From: Ostrea edulis
Taxonomy: Eukaryota
NCBI RefSeq assembly: GCF_947568905.1
Contig: NC_079167.1
Span: 5,828,001 to 5,892,000, forward strand
DNA: 64,000 nucleotides
Direction of reading: 5' to 3'
Shown one piece after another: positions 1 to 13,002 of the stretch (position 1 is its first letter; each line of letters opens with the position of its first letter). The notes under the pieces are model-generated. The model made no database searches. It was not told where the DNA came from and worked only from the letters and a program-made list of their open reading frames with translations. Position numbers and translations under genes: made by a program.

Positions 1-1719
1 GCCTCTTGTCGCCGAAAACTGCAACAAAAAATGGCTTTTCCGTTTTATACCACGAAGTGCTATGTACTGATACCGCACAGAATGAAAATTGTATATTCGT
101 TGTGTTGAAAAATAAAGTCTCATTGTTTTATTATCATAATAAATTGATACGATGTTTATTACCAAAAAATCTTGAACATATTGCTTTCTTAACAAAATAA
201 AAAATTTGAATTGAAGGCGCTGTATGCTATTTTTAGTTACTCAAAAAAACCAAAGCTGTTCGTACGTTTCGGGATTTTACATGTCATCAGAAGATAGAAG
301 CTAAGACTTCCCGAGTGGAGATTTAAAAATATTTTCGTGTCGGAATCATTTCTGATGAAGATAATAATGAAATTATGACTTACTGTAAATACAACTTCGT
401 TAACTAGTATGAGAAATATTTCTGCCAATTGCATGTTTCAAGCAGATCTATGGAAAGTCAGAGAAAATACAGATAAAAGATTATTTGGAAGTATGCAAAA
501 TAGAGCAAGGAAAGTTTTTTAGTGATGTGTTATTGACTTTGTGGTATAGTATGTATTGATGTGACAAGTACCTGTTGTTACATTGAAGTTTTATGAAACC
601 CACCATAAGTACCAAGAACGCTGCAGGCACATATCAATGTTTTTCGGAGGCGACTGGCCAACCCTTAACATTAACTGTTATTTTCATGCATGCAAATGAA
701 GATATATTGCGAGAATGGCCCCTCCACTATTTTTGATAGTACGATGTAGTAGTGAATGAGAAGATATTAATGCATGTAAGCTTGAAAGTTATGAATTGAA
801 GCCCTGGAGCAAAGAATGACCCCCCCCCCCTCCCAGCCTGAGGGGAAAAAATTGAGACAGCAATGACGAACACACACACCCCCCCCCCCCCCCCCCCCCA
901 TGCACACACTGATTAAGGTTCTGAAGGTCAATATCATGACTATCATATTTTTATCATTATCTGTCAGGAAATGTAAACAAGCCATGTGGAACTTACAACT
1001 TCTCCGGCGAACCCCCTCCCCCGCATCCCTAATATTACGGATCTGTGCCGATATGGAAAAATTCACAGGCATCTGAAGTATGGACACCCCCCCCCCCCTT
1101 CTGATTTTTGGGGGCGGCGATTATTTCTCCGAAATGTGTGGATTCCCCGTCTATTCCATCCTAATTTCGAATTATGTAATCGTAAACATGCTTTTTTGTA
1201 AGCCTTAAATACCTTATACTGTTTATAATAAGTATATTCTATATTATACCAGTCCAGTAGAAGGCCAATCTCTAAAGCTTGTGAAACAACTACATCAATC
1301 GAAATTGGGTTGAGAGAGACAAGGAATCCACACATTTTGGAGGAATTATCACCGCAAAAAAAAATCAGAAGGGGGATTATAGTTATCAGGTGTCTGTGGA
1401 AAAAAATATGGGGGATGGAGTCCCCTTTATTTTTTGTAGCATTCCCCCCCCCCCCCTAATGTTAGTAACTAAATTATATAAAATAAGATCAATTGTGGTT
1501 AATGGTCACCATTAAAATCATCCTTTTGCCTGTTATTTTTAATTCATCTCTGATGCTCTATCTTTCTATAAATAATTCTAAAGAATTCCAAACGTAATTT
1601 TAGAAGAGCGTGCTAGCCAGTCAAAATCGACCACGTATTCTGTGCGGTATCAGTACATAGCACTTCGTGGTATAAAACGGAAAAGCCATTTTTTGTTGCA
1701 GTTTTCGGCGACAAGAGGC
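1..1719. mobile_element. Non-autonomous DNA transposon with >=83-bp perfect terminal inverted repeats (left end cut by the window edge)
   Basis: 1-83 is the exact reverse complement of 1637-1719. A nested imperfect inverted pair lies at about 1093-1150 / 1320-1378. No coding capacity seen. Confidence 0.75.
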
Positions 1720-3512
1720 AATGAATGCAGTCATGTCATACATGGTTTTTAAGATGAATGATTGTACAATACAACGGTAGTAAATACATTAGCATCGCAT
1801 ATTCCTTGGAGGCTCAAAAGGCCGATATTCTCAGGGGGTGCCATTCTGTGTCATTTGAAGCTAGGTACCTTGTGTTGTTATTAGTATACAGAGGTCATAA
1901 GTCATTTACAGAAACAAGTGCCTGTGGGTACTAGGTGGTACTTTTGCATGGAAAAAAAATTACGCAGAAAAGTTTATTTAAGTCTCTCGTTTACGAAATT
2001 CCCTGCAATTCAAAATGATTCCCATGGGTTTTTTTCCAATATATAAATAAAATTTATTAAGGCAATGTATACATTTCTTGTTGAATAAGTGCATAGGTCG
2101 TGATCCTCATGTACAAAATTTATGAATTCATAAGGATAAGAAAATACAAATATAACCATAACAGAGAAAAAATTTAAAAATAGAAGGGGTGGATTAAAGG
2201 TTTGGAAATGAGATATTTCTACTATTTTTTTTTTATCAAGAAAGGGGACACACATTTGATTTTGGGGTGGGCATTTTTTCAATTAAAAAAATAATAATAA
2301 CCTAATTGAGCAATTTATTTTCTAGGAAATAAAATTAGATGGGGAGGGGGATATCATAGTAAATATCTACAAAGTGCTTTTCACCTTTTTCATTTTTGCA
2401 TTACTCTATATATGTATTTTTCAGCTAATATAAAGACAAAATTTTAAATTATCCTTCTTTAGTATTGTTCATGTAATTGTACATTTTTTTCAAGGTTAAA
2501 AGGTCAAGGACAGGTGTGCGCACTGTTTGCTAGTGAAGCAAGACTGGTCACAGTATTCTTGTATATTATGACATGTCCCAATATATAAGCGGGGGTAAGA
2601 GTCAGAGGAATCTCGGATAAATGGGTCTCTTTTTTTGTATGGATTTTCAAGTAAAGAAAATGCATCGTTTGTGTAGGAATAAACATTAAAATAAACACTT
2701 CATGGTGTACACACACACACACACACACACACGTGTGTGTGTGTCTCCAACGTCCAATTATGATTGATTTCAAATTCACCATATCATTGCTAGTAAAAAA
2801 TAAATTACATACCGGTACAAATCGAACCAACAGAAGTAGAAACCAGTACATCCTGCCGATGACTTGCACCATACTTCACATACTATTAGAATGACAAGAA
2901 TATATGTGATGTAAGAAGCAAATCTTTCTATGTTTGGAGAGAGAAAATTTCTTAATATCGTCATCGTAATTACTCGTTCCGATATGGTGATGGTCGAGTA
3001 AAGAGAGTAATACCTATTTAATTAAAGATCATGTTCAAAGCATTCAAAATATAAACAATATATTGTTTTATCAAAATAACTTCATATACTTCTCAGAGTA
3101 ATCCTTTCTTGTTTATAACGAATATTACTTAACAGCGTTATCGTTGTCGCAAAATGTTTAAGCCATGCACGTACCTGTATACAAGGAAGATAACCCAGCA
3201 ACCATGACATGACCTATATCTACTGTATAATTGTTTAGTACCGTATCGATATGCATAATATTTTTGTGGGATTGGGGAAATCTCACCGAGGGGTTGAATA
3301 TTTCAATCAGAGATTGTGCAATTACGCTGTAAATTCTTGATGAATCAATTTACTCTTTATTCTATACAATTGCTGATGCATAATTCTACAAAACAATTAG
3401 TTCTTCACTCTGTTTTTACGTAAGAATAGGAACAAGACATAAGAACATCATTATACATGTACAAATACTTATAGATACATAGATACGATATGAACCGTAT
3501 GAGAAAATGAAC

Positions 3513-5227
3513 TTAAAATCCATCTGGTACTGATGTCAACTCGCATTTCAAAACTCTCTTGTCAAAAACAAGTCTATATTCCTTTTCCTCTTTTCTTGTG
3601 ACAGTGTCCATATATTTTGAATTTATTTCTATCCCAAAGTCATTTGTAATAATTACTTTCTTTTCTTGATTACTTACAACGATATTTTGAAAGTATCTAA
3701 ATTGTTTATCACATTCTTGTAATTGAGAGTAACCCCTTTCACTTTACAAAGTGTACTCATTTCTTCTTTGTCAATTTTGGTAACGTATGCATATTTTTTC
3801 TCACCTCCTGTTATGAATGAAACAATTTCTCGACCAGTTATTTCCTCTGCCATGTCACCGAGGTAATCCCCAAGAGAAGGTTCCCATTCACCTTGTTTAA
3901 CAGTAAAAATAACAGAATCGGTATTGGCACAGAGGATTCTTTCGCCTAGGTTTTCGAGGTAGGAATACAATTTAAGGTGTGCTTGAGCGGTTCACAACAT
4001 TTGTTTTGTTCGACGTCTCGATAAAATCATCATTCAAGACCCATTGCATACTAACCATTTCTTCAGAAACGTAGCTGACATCTTTGACCTGCTGATGATC
4101 ACTCGTCAGAATATCAAAGTATTCTGGATCGGAAATGTATGTGGCTTTCGGCATGTTTTCCCGTTGACCAAATTTACCCTAAAAGCTATTCAACATAAGT
4201 TTTGCTAACGCTCTTAGTCCTGTATTTGTTTTCATATTATCATAATTAAGTCTAATTCCTTCTCTCTTGTACAAATCCTCAATGTAACTTTGTTTACCCT
4301 CCTTATTTTCACGCCACTTAGGCCATCCACTGGCTTCTTGCTTCATTTTAAAAAATGTATTGACATATTCTGTAAATGCACCTTTCATCGTGGAAGAGTC
4401 TTACTGAGACACACATTTGAAGTGCCTGACTTCGTAGATCTGATCTAGGATGTAACTTTTCTCTAATGCTTTCATCACCCCCATCTCTCACCCACGTACC
4501 CGTAAGCATACTTTGACGATTTCCATGGTTGAAATCGTTGCCTTGTTCTTCCATGCAAGTGCGGCATAATCTGAACAGGAGTTTCCCATTAATTTTGGCA
4601 GGTAAAACTGCAACATGCAACTATCTGGGAGGTTGATGCTCCTTTCGTAGATTTCAATGTTTTCAAAGTTCTCGGTAATATACGTGGATGACCTATCGGG
4701 ATATTCCCAGTTTTATTGATGTAGGGATAGAGAAATGTGGTGTTGTAGTATTTCATCTTTGTATCATCAGTTGCCTAGGCGTAGAGTTTGAACGCTTCCG
4801 TCCTTCAACCAAAGAATGCACCACGTGGTTGATGGGGGTGGTAACAAATCAAGGTTCTCCCTGTGACTTTCTTTGGCATATAACCTTGGTCACAAGAATT
4901 TGTGTGTTATTTTTTCCTGTGGCAGTTGGCACAATTCCATTGAATGCTTCCTTTGAAATAACATGAATATGGTGTTCAGGTAGAACAGTTAAAAAAATTT
5001 ATGCCTTCCAAATTGCTTTGACGTAAAGTAACATTCCCCGTTTTGTGAAGTTCTTCTTCGAGCTCTTTTTGTAATCTATGATCCTTGCGAATGTAGTCCC
5101 ACTGAGGATGTTTTTCAAGTTTTGCTACAACCGTGATTATTGCTTTTGCACTGCATAGGTCATCATCATTTTTTATCTTCATGAAACTTTTTTTCTTCTT
5201 TATCGTTCCTTCTAAATCAACATACAC
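3513..5227 (-). pseudogene. Polinton/Maverick protein-primed DNA polymerase B, frameshifted and internally deleted
   Basis: Fragments: IKNDDDLCSAKAI, PRGAFFG.RTEAFKLY, KYYNTTFLYPYINK..PIGHP, GKLLFRLCRTC, YVNTFFKMKQEASGWP, GLRALAKLMLNSF, NTDSVIF..LGDYLGDM, GGEKKYAY, KVKGVTLN, YRLVFDKRV..PDGF*. Confidence 0.9.
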
Positions 5228-5259
5228 GGGTCATTTATGCCCAGCCCCGCTAGGTAAAC

Positions 5260-5580
5260 GAACATGAACCAATTCAATCCAATACTCATTGTGAACATGA
5301 ACCAATTCAATCCAATACTCATTGTGAACATGAACCAATTCAATCCAATACTCATTGTGAACATGAACCAATTCAATCCAATACTCATTGTGAACATGAA
5401 CCAATTCAATCCAATACTCATTGTGAACATGAACCAATTCAATCCAATACTCATTGTGAACATGAACCAATTCAATCCAATACTCATTGTGAACATGAAC
5501 CAATTCAATCCAATACTCATTGTGAACATGAACCAATTCAATCCAATACTCATTGTGAACAATCCAATACTCTTTGTGAA
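5260..5580. repeat. 33-bp minisatellite, about 9 perfect copies
   Basis: Unit gaacatgaaccaattcaatccaatactcattgt. Confidence 0.95.
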
Positions 5581-5644
5581 CCTCTATTTGATATATCACA
5601 CGGTAGTGATGATAACTTTCGGGAAACTATTTTGCACTCAATGA

Positions 5645-6245
5645 CACGTAACCACCTCCATACTGTTCTCATCGAGACCTCATACTTGATATGTCACACG
5701 ATACCTTTAGGACAAGTGTTATATTTTGCACTTATTGACCCCGAACTACCCCCGGGCTGAATTGTTCTCCTCGAGACCTACCATTTGATATGTCACACGA
5801 TACCTTTCGGACAAGTGTTATATGTTGCACTTATTGACCCCGAACTACCCCCGGGCTGAATTGTTCTCCTCGAGACCTCCAATTTGATATGTCACACGAT
5901 ACCTTTCGGACAAGTGTTATATTTTGCACTTATTGACCCCGAACTACCCCCGGGCTGAATTGTTCTCGTCGAGACCTCCAATTTGATATGTCACACGATA
6001 TCTTTTAACAACTGTCTTTTTGCACCTAATGACCCCGAACTACCCCCGGGCTGAATTGTTCTCGTCGAGACCTCCAATTTTATATGTCACACGATACCTT
6101 TCGGACAAGTGTTATATTTTGCACTTATTGACCCCGAACTACCCCCGGGCTGAACTGTTCTTGTCGAAATATCCAATTCAATATGTTACATGATACCTTT
6201 CAGACAACTTTTATTTGCACATAATGACCCTCAACCACCCCTGTG
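5645..6245. repeat. 99-bp tandem repeat, about 5.5 copies
   Basis: The gagacc anchor recurs at 5674, 5773, 5872, 5971 and 6067. Confidence 0.9.
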
Positions 6246-6672
6246 CGGTATTCTATTCATTGACACAAAGGGTGTCACAAAAGTACACTTTCGTGACAAT
6301 TCTATACTAGTGGGGAAAAGATCCGCAAGTTTTTGTAATACATTGTGTATCGTTGAGACACGTGTACGAAATTTAATTAAATCTGACACTGTGCTACCTC
6401 CGTGCATTGTGAAAATGTTCTTCAGTAATTAAGATTCAGCTAACCGTAACCCCACTCGACACCGCATGCGTTCAGAAGATTTTTCAAGAAAGCGTGCACC
6501 CGGGGTACTCCTGCACCATATCCATTGGAACAGTACAGATCAGTTACACAGCATTTCTTTACGAAGCGATTGTAGTCGATTGGGGTGGGGTCATTGCTCT
6601 GATAATGCAGGGGTATTCATGTAGCCTAGTTAGAATAATCTAACTGTGTCTCGGGACAGGCCGTTAAATCGG

Positions 6673-6715
<43 letters not shown>

Positions 6716-6762
6716 TATTTATATATGTGTGATAGAGAACAGAACGGATAAGAAGCCCCTGT

Positions 6763-6960
6763 GGATAGAGACATACATCTTTAGCACCTCTGTAACCTAT
6801 TTCAGACGGCGACAGAGACAGCACGCCAAGTTGTCGGCACTCATGGTCGGACAGTGTGTCCAAGAACGGTTAGAAATCGGTTGCGGGAGTTTCATTTAAG
6901 GCCACGATGTCCCTATGTTGGTCCGCCACTTCCGCAGAAGCGACGCCAATGTCGAATCCA
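6763..6960 (+). mobile_element. Tc1 transposase N-terminal fragment
   Basis: FQTATETARQVVGTHGRTVCPRTVRNRLREFHLRPRCPYVGPPLPQKRRQCR; inverted relative of about 8090-8290. Confidence 0.8.
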
Positions 6961-7497
6961 GTCCATTAGAATACTATTCCCTTTCATTCTTTTTTTTTTT
7001 TAGATTGATACAAAAAATATGCACGGACTTACCTGTTCAAGTGATGTTCCTTTCTTGACATTTGTTAGCAGAATGAGGAATGAAGACCCGATACTCCATG
7101 ACGCCATGGAAAAGTTTATAGAAATCATTGGGTAAATTTCCATTAGCAAATGGAATTTCCCTTTTTCTAAAAAAAAAAAGTGCGTTATAAATAGAATGGG
7201 TTTCCCAGTTCTTTAAATAGAAAATGAAAAATAGGGTAGGGTAGGGCAAACTTCCGCCAGAGGTCGTTTGCTCACAAACGTAGATGACGTAATGAGGCCT
7301 CGACGGGGAGTTTGACGGAAGTTCATATTCAATAGATATTATTTTACATGATTCATTGATGATTAGCTCATTGTTTGAGTTCCTCAATTATTTCATCATT
7401 ACTGAATACATTATGTTGATTTTTGTTGTCCTATCACCGACGGTGTTTGCATGGATAGCGTTCAAACAAGGTATCGTACGCCGTTTTCCGATCCAAA

Positions 7498-8290
7498 TTA
7501 GTAGCGTGTGTGCCCACCCCTGGCTTCAGTCGCTGCTCTTACTATCCTTAACATTGACTCCATTAAGGTGTTTATTGTCCTTTAATGGATATTATTCCAC
7601 TCCTAAATAAGAGCCTATGTGAGTTGAGTAACGTTATATGGGACATTGACACGCTTCTTCACCCTTGTGTTCAGCTCGTCCCACAAATCTTCGAATGGGG
7701 ACAAATCTGGACTGTATAGTAGCCAATCAAGAACTTGAATGTTGTTTTGAGCCAGAAAGTCACGATAAACCCTAGCAACATGGGACCTTGCATTGTCCTG
7801 CTGCAACGTAATGCTACGTTGATTGATAAGAGGAAGGGCGTGTGGTCTCAAGACCTGATCCCGATGTGCTACTGCTGTAAGATTGTCATGGATAACCACG
7901 AGAGGTTTTTTCACGCCTTGAGATATCCCTGTCCATACCATAACAGACCTTCCCCCGAATCTGTCGCTTTCCGTCAGCAAACGTTAGAATATGGCTCACC
8001 ACAACGTCGATAGACATTTTGTGGTCCATCTGACCTGTAAAGCATGAAGCGAAACTCGTCAGTGAAAAAAAAACGCATCTCCAATGCGCCATTCGACATT
8101 GGCGTCGCTTCTGCGTAAGTGGCGGACCAACATAGGGACGCAGTGGCCTTAAATGAAACTTCCACAACCGATTTCTACCATTCTTGAACACACTGGCCGA
8201 CTATGAGTGCCGAGAACTTGGAGTGCCGTCGCCGTCTGAAATCAGTTACGGAGGTGCGAGAGACGTATGCCTCTATCTTGACAAAGGGTG
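7498..8290 (-). pseudogene. Tc1-family (DD34E) transposase pseudogene
   Basis: FTDEFRF, FGGRSVMVWTGIS, LQQDNARSH, WLLYSPDLSPFEDLW, and a C-terminal ARGGHTRY*; several frameshifts. Confidence 0.92.
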
Positions 8291-8297
8291 ATAAGTG

Positions 8298-11250
8298 ATT
8301 TCTAGGATTCGCCAACTACCATTGCAGTTTTATTCCCGTTTTCTCGTATTGCTGCTCCTTTGTATGTGGTTACCGTAAAAGGTTGATTTTGGTGGAAAAC
8401 CGAGCAACAGGATGCCTTTGACGAACTCGTTTGTTCAATGACAAACCCTCCATTATTAGGAATACCGAACAGTCAAGGTCGCTTCATTCTGGACACGGAC
8501 GCCTCCGATCATGACGTGAATGCGGAATTGAATCAAGTTCAGAATGGAAGGGAAAAAGCAATCGGCTATGGTAGCACAGTGCTATCAGTAGAACAACAGC
8601 GGTACTGCACTACCCGCAAAGAGTTGCTGGCGGTAATAAAGTTTACTCGTCAATACCACCATTATCTGCTGGGCAGGGAATTCACACTCAGGACCGATCA
8701 TCACATTCTTGTCTGGCTGATGAATTTCAAACATCCGCAGAACCATATACATGTAGCTGGCTGGCTAGCTAAGCGGATTGTTCACCGCCCAGGGAAAAGC
8801 ATTTGAACTCTGATGTGCTGTCCGCGACTTAACCGACACATGCCAGAATTATTATTCTATTAACGTTTGGATAGAGGATTTGCCTTACAGCGGACGCAGG
8901 TATTGCCGCCGAACGCAAGAATGCTGGTTTGAGTTCACCATTGAGATAGACGACGTGATTCCCCTATCTCACTTGTTTCAAGAATTACCCATTACCTCCG
9001 CGGTAAGTCACTCCAGTAGGGAGGGTAACTTGGAGTTGTTAGATCCTGCTCTCCGCCATGCTATTGTGGATCACGTGCCTTTGACAGCAGGTGCTCCCGG
9101 GGTGACGAGTTTTGAGATTGCTGTCAGTGGAGTAGCATGTTTTAAACCCGAAATAGAGGACCAAGGGATTCTTATCTGTAAGTTGTCTCAAGGGAACAGT
9201 GTTAACGCAGGGACTTCTTTATCGTCCTATAGCTCTGCAGACGTACTGACAGTATCTAGGGTCTGTGGTTTTACCAACTGAGTGACTTAACGATCTCTAG
9301 TCCAGAAGAGAAATGCTACGTTCTGGAGAGAGATTGTTTCCCACTAGACAAGACTGGAGTTATTTGGAGAAAATCTGAGGACTGGGACATGTCTCGTCGG
9401 CTGTTAGTTCCGAGTGGTCTGAAGTCCAAGGTTATGCACCTGTGACATGACATTTCCGTCGTTTGGTCACCAGGAAAATCAGTGAATGTTTAAAATAACA
9501 ATTCTACTGGTGGCGGATCGTCAATGATATTAACTTATATGTCAGGACTTGTGAAATCTATGCCAGAAACAAAAGGGGTTCTTTGCCGAATAGATCAGAA
9601 TTTAAGAGTTATCAAGCCAGGAGCCCGATGGAGAGTGTACACTGATACTTTCTCGGGCCACTGCCCCATACTGAGGGTGGAAATGGGTACATTATCATAA
9701 TGGTCGATAACTTTACTAAATGGGTAGAGTGTATTCTGTTACCTTTCCAAACAGCGGAAGTTACGGCAAGGACTTTTTCTCCAGATTTGGCTATTCCTAC
9801 GAGATCTTTACAAATCAAGGCCGTAACTTCGAAAGCGAGCTTATCCGTATGATCTGTACCATGCTATGGATTGATAAAGCCAGGACAACGCCATACAGAC
9901 CATCTGGCAACGGTATAACCGCGCTTAGATGGACGCGGTCCGTTGCTATACTGACGGCAAGCCCAAAACTTGGGATAAATACTTAGGCCCATTGGCTGGA
10001 GCATTGCGGTCGGCAGTCAATCGCGACACCAGTTATACGCCAAATCGACTTATGCTGGGCAGAGAAGTCAACATACCATCAACCTTAATGTTTACCCCAC
10101 CTCATTCGGAGTCTTTTCAAAATAGGGAGGAGGGTGAGGTAGATAGATATGTGCGAGATCTTGTGCAGAATATGCAGAATACACATGACATTGCTCGACA
10201 AAAGTTAAGATCAGCACTTGTAAATTCAAAGTAGGGATTTGGTTTACTGGTGTCACAATGCAGGAAAAAAGGTGGAATCGGTCTGGAAAGGTCCAGGTAT
10301 CATAATAAAGGTCAAATTCGACACAGTGTTTGTAGTGAAGTCTCGGAGAGGCCAAGGTGATGCACCATAGTAAACTCAAAAGGACAACAGCTCCCGAGAT
10401 TGTTGCTGTTACATACGCAGAAGTTGTCTGGGAAAGACGCAAATCAAGACAGCTGTGGTTCTCCTGTGCCAGAGATAGCTATTCCGGGGAGACCGCTAGA
10501 GAGCATGGGTCGAAGGTTACGTGCTGAGAACCCGAGGAGTATGTCTAAGACTGCAATAAACCTGAAACCATCAGAACAATCAGATCCTTATATGCGTATC
10601 AGGAAACGTGCATGGGAAAGGATGAATAAGCCTGATTTGTCCAGTACCCCCAAGAGACAAAAAGGAACTAGGGGCACTACATCGAAACAATATTGTATTT
10701 GTCTAAAGACAAATCCCAAAGGGTTAATGGTTCAATGTAATAGTTGTCGGTATTGGGTTCACCCAGGGTGTGTAGGTATTAATGAGGCTTATGCGAAGTC
10801 GGTACCCCAGTATATATGTTCTGAGAACAGCCCAGGCAATGCGAGCGGTAACTAGAAATAAGGAGGTAGTTGTCGCAATGATGCCGAGCATGTGCAGTTG
10901 TTGGCTAGAGGATTTTTTCATCCTAGTTCTCAAAGCTAGGAAAGCATGCCTTTTATCCTCCCTTGATCAAGGGATAACCGTGGTATCCAGATCCTGAATT
11001 GTGTTTTTCGTGTTTTGCCTAATCTGTTCGTGATGGCCGCACTAAGGTATTCTCAGGAAGAGAATAAGCAGAGCTAACCTGTTCCAGGAGCGTTCGTGAC
11101 GAAGTCATGGACATGATGTCAACGTTATACATCATGTCTATCCTGGGGTGCTATGTCTGTGTCCGGAGTCGTGAATGGAGGATTTTATCGTGAGACCACT
11201 TGATGAGACGAAGAGTCGGAGACAACGATGGACCTCGTATGGGACCCAAG
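8298..11250 (+). mobile_element. Ty3/Gypsy LTR-retrotransposon pol remnant (RT end, RNase H, integrase, GPY/F, PHD finger), degenerate
   Basis: FLGFANY, FILDTDASD, RYCTTRKELLAV, FTLRTDH, PMERVH.DFLGPLP, MVDNFTKWVE, FSRFG..EIFTNQGRNFES, TTPYRPSGNG, TPNRLMLGREV, WKGPG; many stops and frameshifts. Confidence 0.93.
10691..10828 (+). other. PHD finger (C4HC3-type, last Cys lost) at the Gypsy pol C-terminus
   Basis: YCIC-x9-MVQCNSC-RYWVHPGCVG-x11-YIC in ORF 10400-10855. Confidence 0.8.
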
Positions 11251-11742
11251 AGGACTCGGACGTGGGATGCCTAGGACGTGAGACTCTGATGTGATGCATC
11301 ATATTGTAATATTAACCGTTATAATACTGTGAAGGACTCGGACGTGGGATGCCTAGGACGTGAGACTCTGATGTGATGCATCATATTGTAATATTAACCG
11401 TTATAATACTGTGAAGGACTCGGACGTGGGATGCCTAGGACGTGAGACTCTGATGTGATGCATCATATTGTAATATTAACCGTTATAATACTGTGAAGGA
11501 CTCGGACGTGGGATGCCTAGGACGTGAGACTCTGATGTGATGCATCATATTGTAATATTAACCGTTATAATACTGTGAAGGACTCGGACGTGGGATGCCT
11601 AGGACGCGAGACTCTGATGTGATGCATCATATTGTAATATTAACCGTTATAATACTGTGAAGGACTCGGACGTGGGATGCCTAGGACGTGAGACTCTGAT
11701 GTGATGCATCATATTGTAATATTAACCGTTATAATACTGTGA
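11251..11742. repeat. 82-bp tandem array, 6 near-identical copies
   Basis: gaaggactcgg anchor at 11331, 11413, 11495, 11577 and 11659; one SNP variant. Confidence 0.95.
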
Positions 11743-12551
11743 ACATTTGTACCTTTTTTGTAATATTACCTGTAATACGTTTTTATATAGTAGGCCCTGC
11801 TAGTTTAAAATTTTACATGTACATTATAGTCTGTCCTATTGTAACGGGCTGGGATGCCCTCTTTCAAAATAGGGAGAACAATGGTCCTGGAGGTGCTAGG
11901 CACGAATTGCTCCGCCACCTTTGGATAAGTGATACACTGCAAGCTAACTCCCCGTCGAGGCCTCATTATGTCATCTACGTATAGTTTGTGTGCAAACCAC
12001 CTCTGGCGGAAGTTTGACACTGCAAGATGACGTACATGCTGTGACGTGTACCGCTCCTCGCTCTTAAAGTAAATTAATAATCCAATTTCTGAACTGATTT
12101 TCAATTATCAAATTATTATCATAGCTGTAAATCTGAAGTTTAAAAAGTTTATATATTTTCAAATATATCTGTAAACAGCGTTGGTATAATCAATATAAGT
12201 GCTATAAGAAATTGAAAGTACAATTACGGAATGAAGAATTGTTGAAACGTCTCGCATTTGGGTTAATTACTGTTTGGCAATGTTGACCACATCAGAGGAA
12301 AGAGCTCAACTTCTCTAGGCATCGAATGAGGTGCAATTATATTGTCTGAGGCGGGAATGGGCAACAAAGCTTTGTTTTCACTTTGCACTCGGGCGGCCGA
12401 GCACAGGAACTGGCAATTTTGTATGTAGTAATAATAGTAGGGGTCTATACATTACCATCCCCTCATAAGGCATACTGATAATATTAGGGGGTGGTAGAGT
12501 ATAGATCCGTACTATCATTACAGACAAAATTACCTGATCCTCTGGGCCAAG

Positions 12552-13002
12552 ATGCAGACAAACTGCATATGGAGTTTACATCTCTCAACTGATTCGATAC
12601 GCAAGAGTTTGTTCTGCGTAGGGTCAGTTTTTAAATCGAAGCAGGCTACTGACTTGTAAACAAGTTGATGGTGCAGGGGTTCCAACAGTCTCGTTTAAAA
12701 TCAGCATTTCGCACATTCTATGGTCATTATAATGATAGTTTGCCAGTACAACCCATCATTGGGTCTAATGCAATCCGGCGTGAGTCATGCCGATTGTTAC
12801 GCCATTCTTGGCACACTGATTTTGACTACAGATAACTCTGTTAGGGCTCACGACGGGTATGACCGGTCGACAGGGGATGCTTACTCCTTAGGCACCTGGT
12901 CCCACCCCTGGTATATCCAGGGGTCCGTGTTTGCCCAACTCTCTACTTTGTATTGCTTATAGGAGTTATGAGATTGATCACTGTTAGTCATCTTCGCCTT
13001 TC
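12552..13002 (+). mobile_element. 3' fragment of a Penelope-like retroelement (probably Naiad-type)
   Basis: AYGVYISQLIRYARVCSA..FLNRSRLL..KLMVQGFQQSRLKSAFRTFYG, followed by the structured oyster-type 3' tail gaccggtcgacaggggatgcttactcc...; clade assignment from memory. Confidence 0.6.

Noticed and set aside
5212-5644. Three overlapping 116-126-aa ORFs with 11-aa periodicity
   Set aside because: By-product of a stop-free 33-bp minisatellite; no independent coding evidence.
12855-12906. SECIS-like stem (AUGAC...CUGGU) after the Penelope-like fragment
   Set aside because: The 3' GA of the quartet is missing, there is no apical AA motif, and stem II pairing is poor. The family consensus would need checking with SECISearch.
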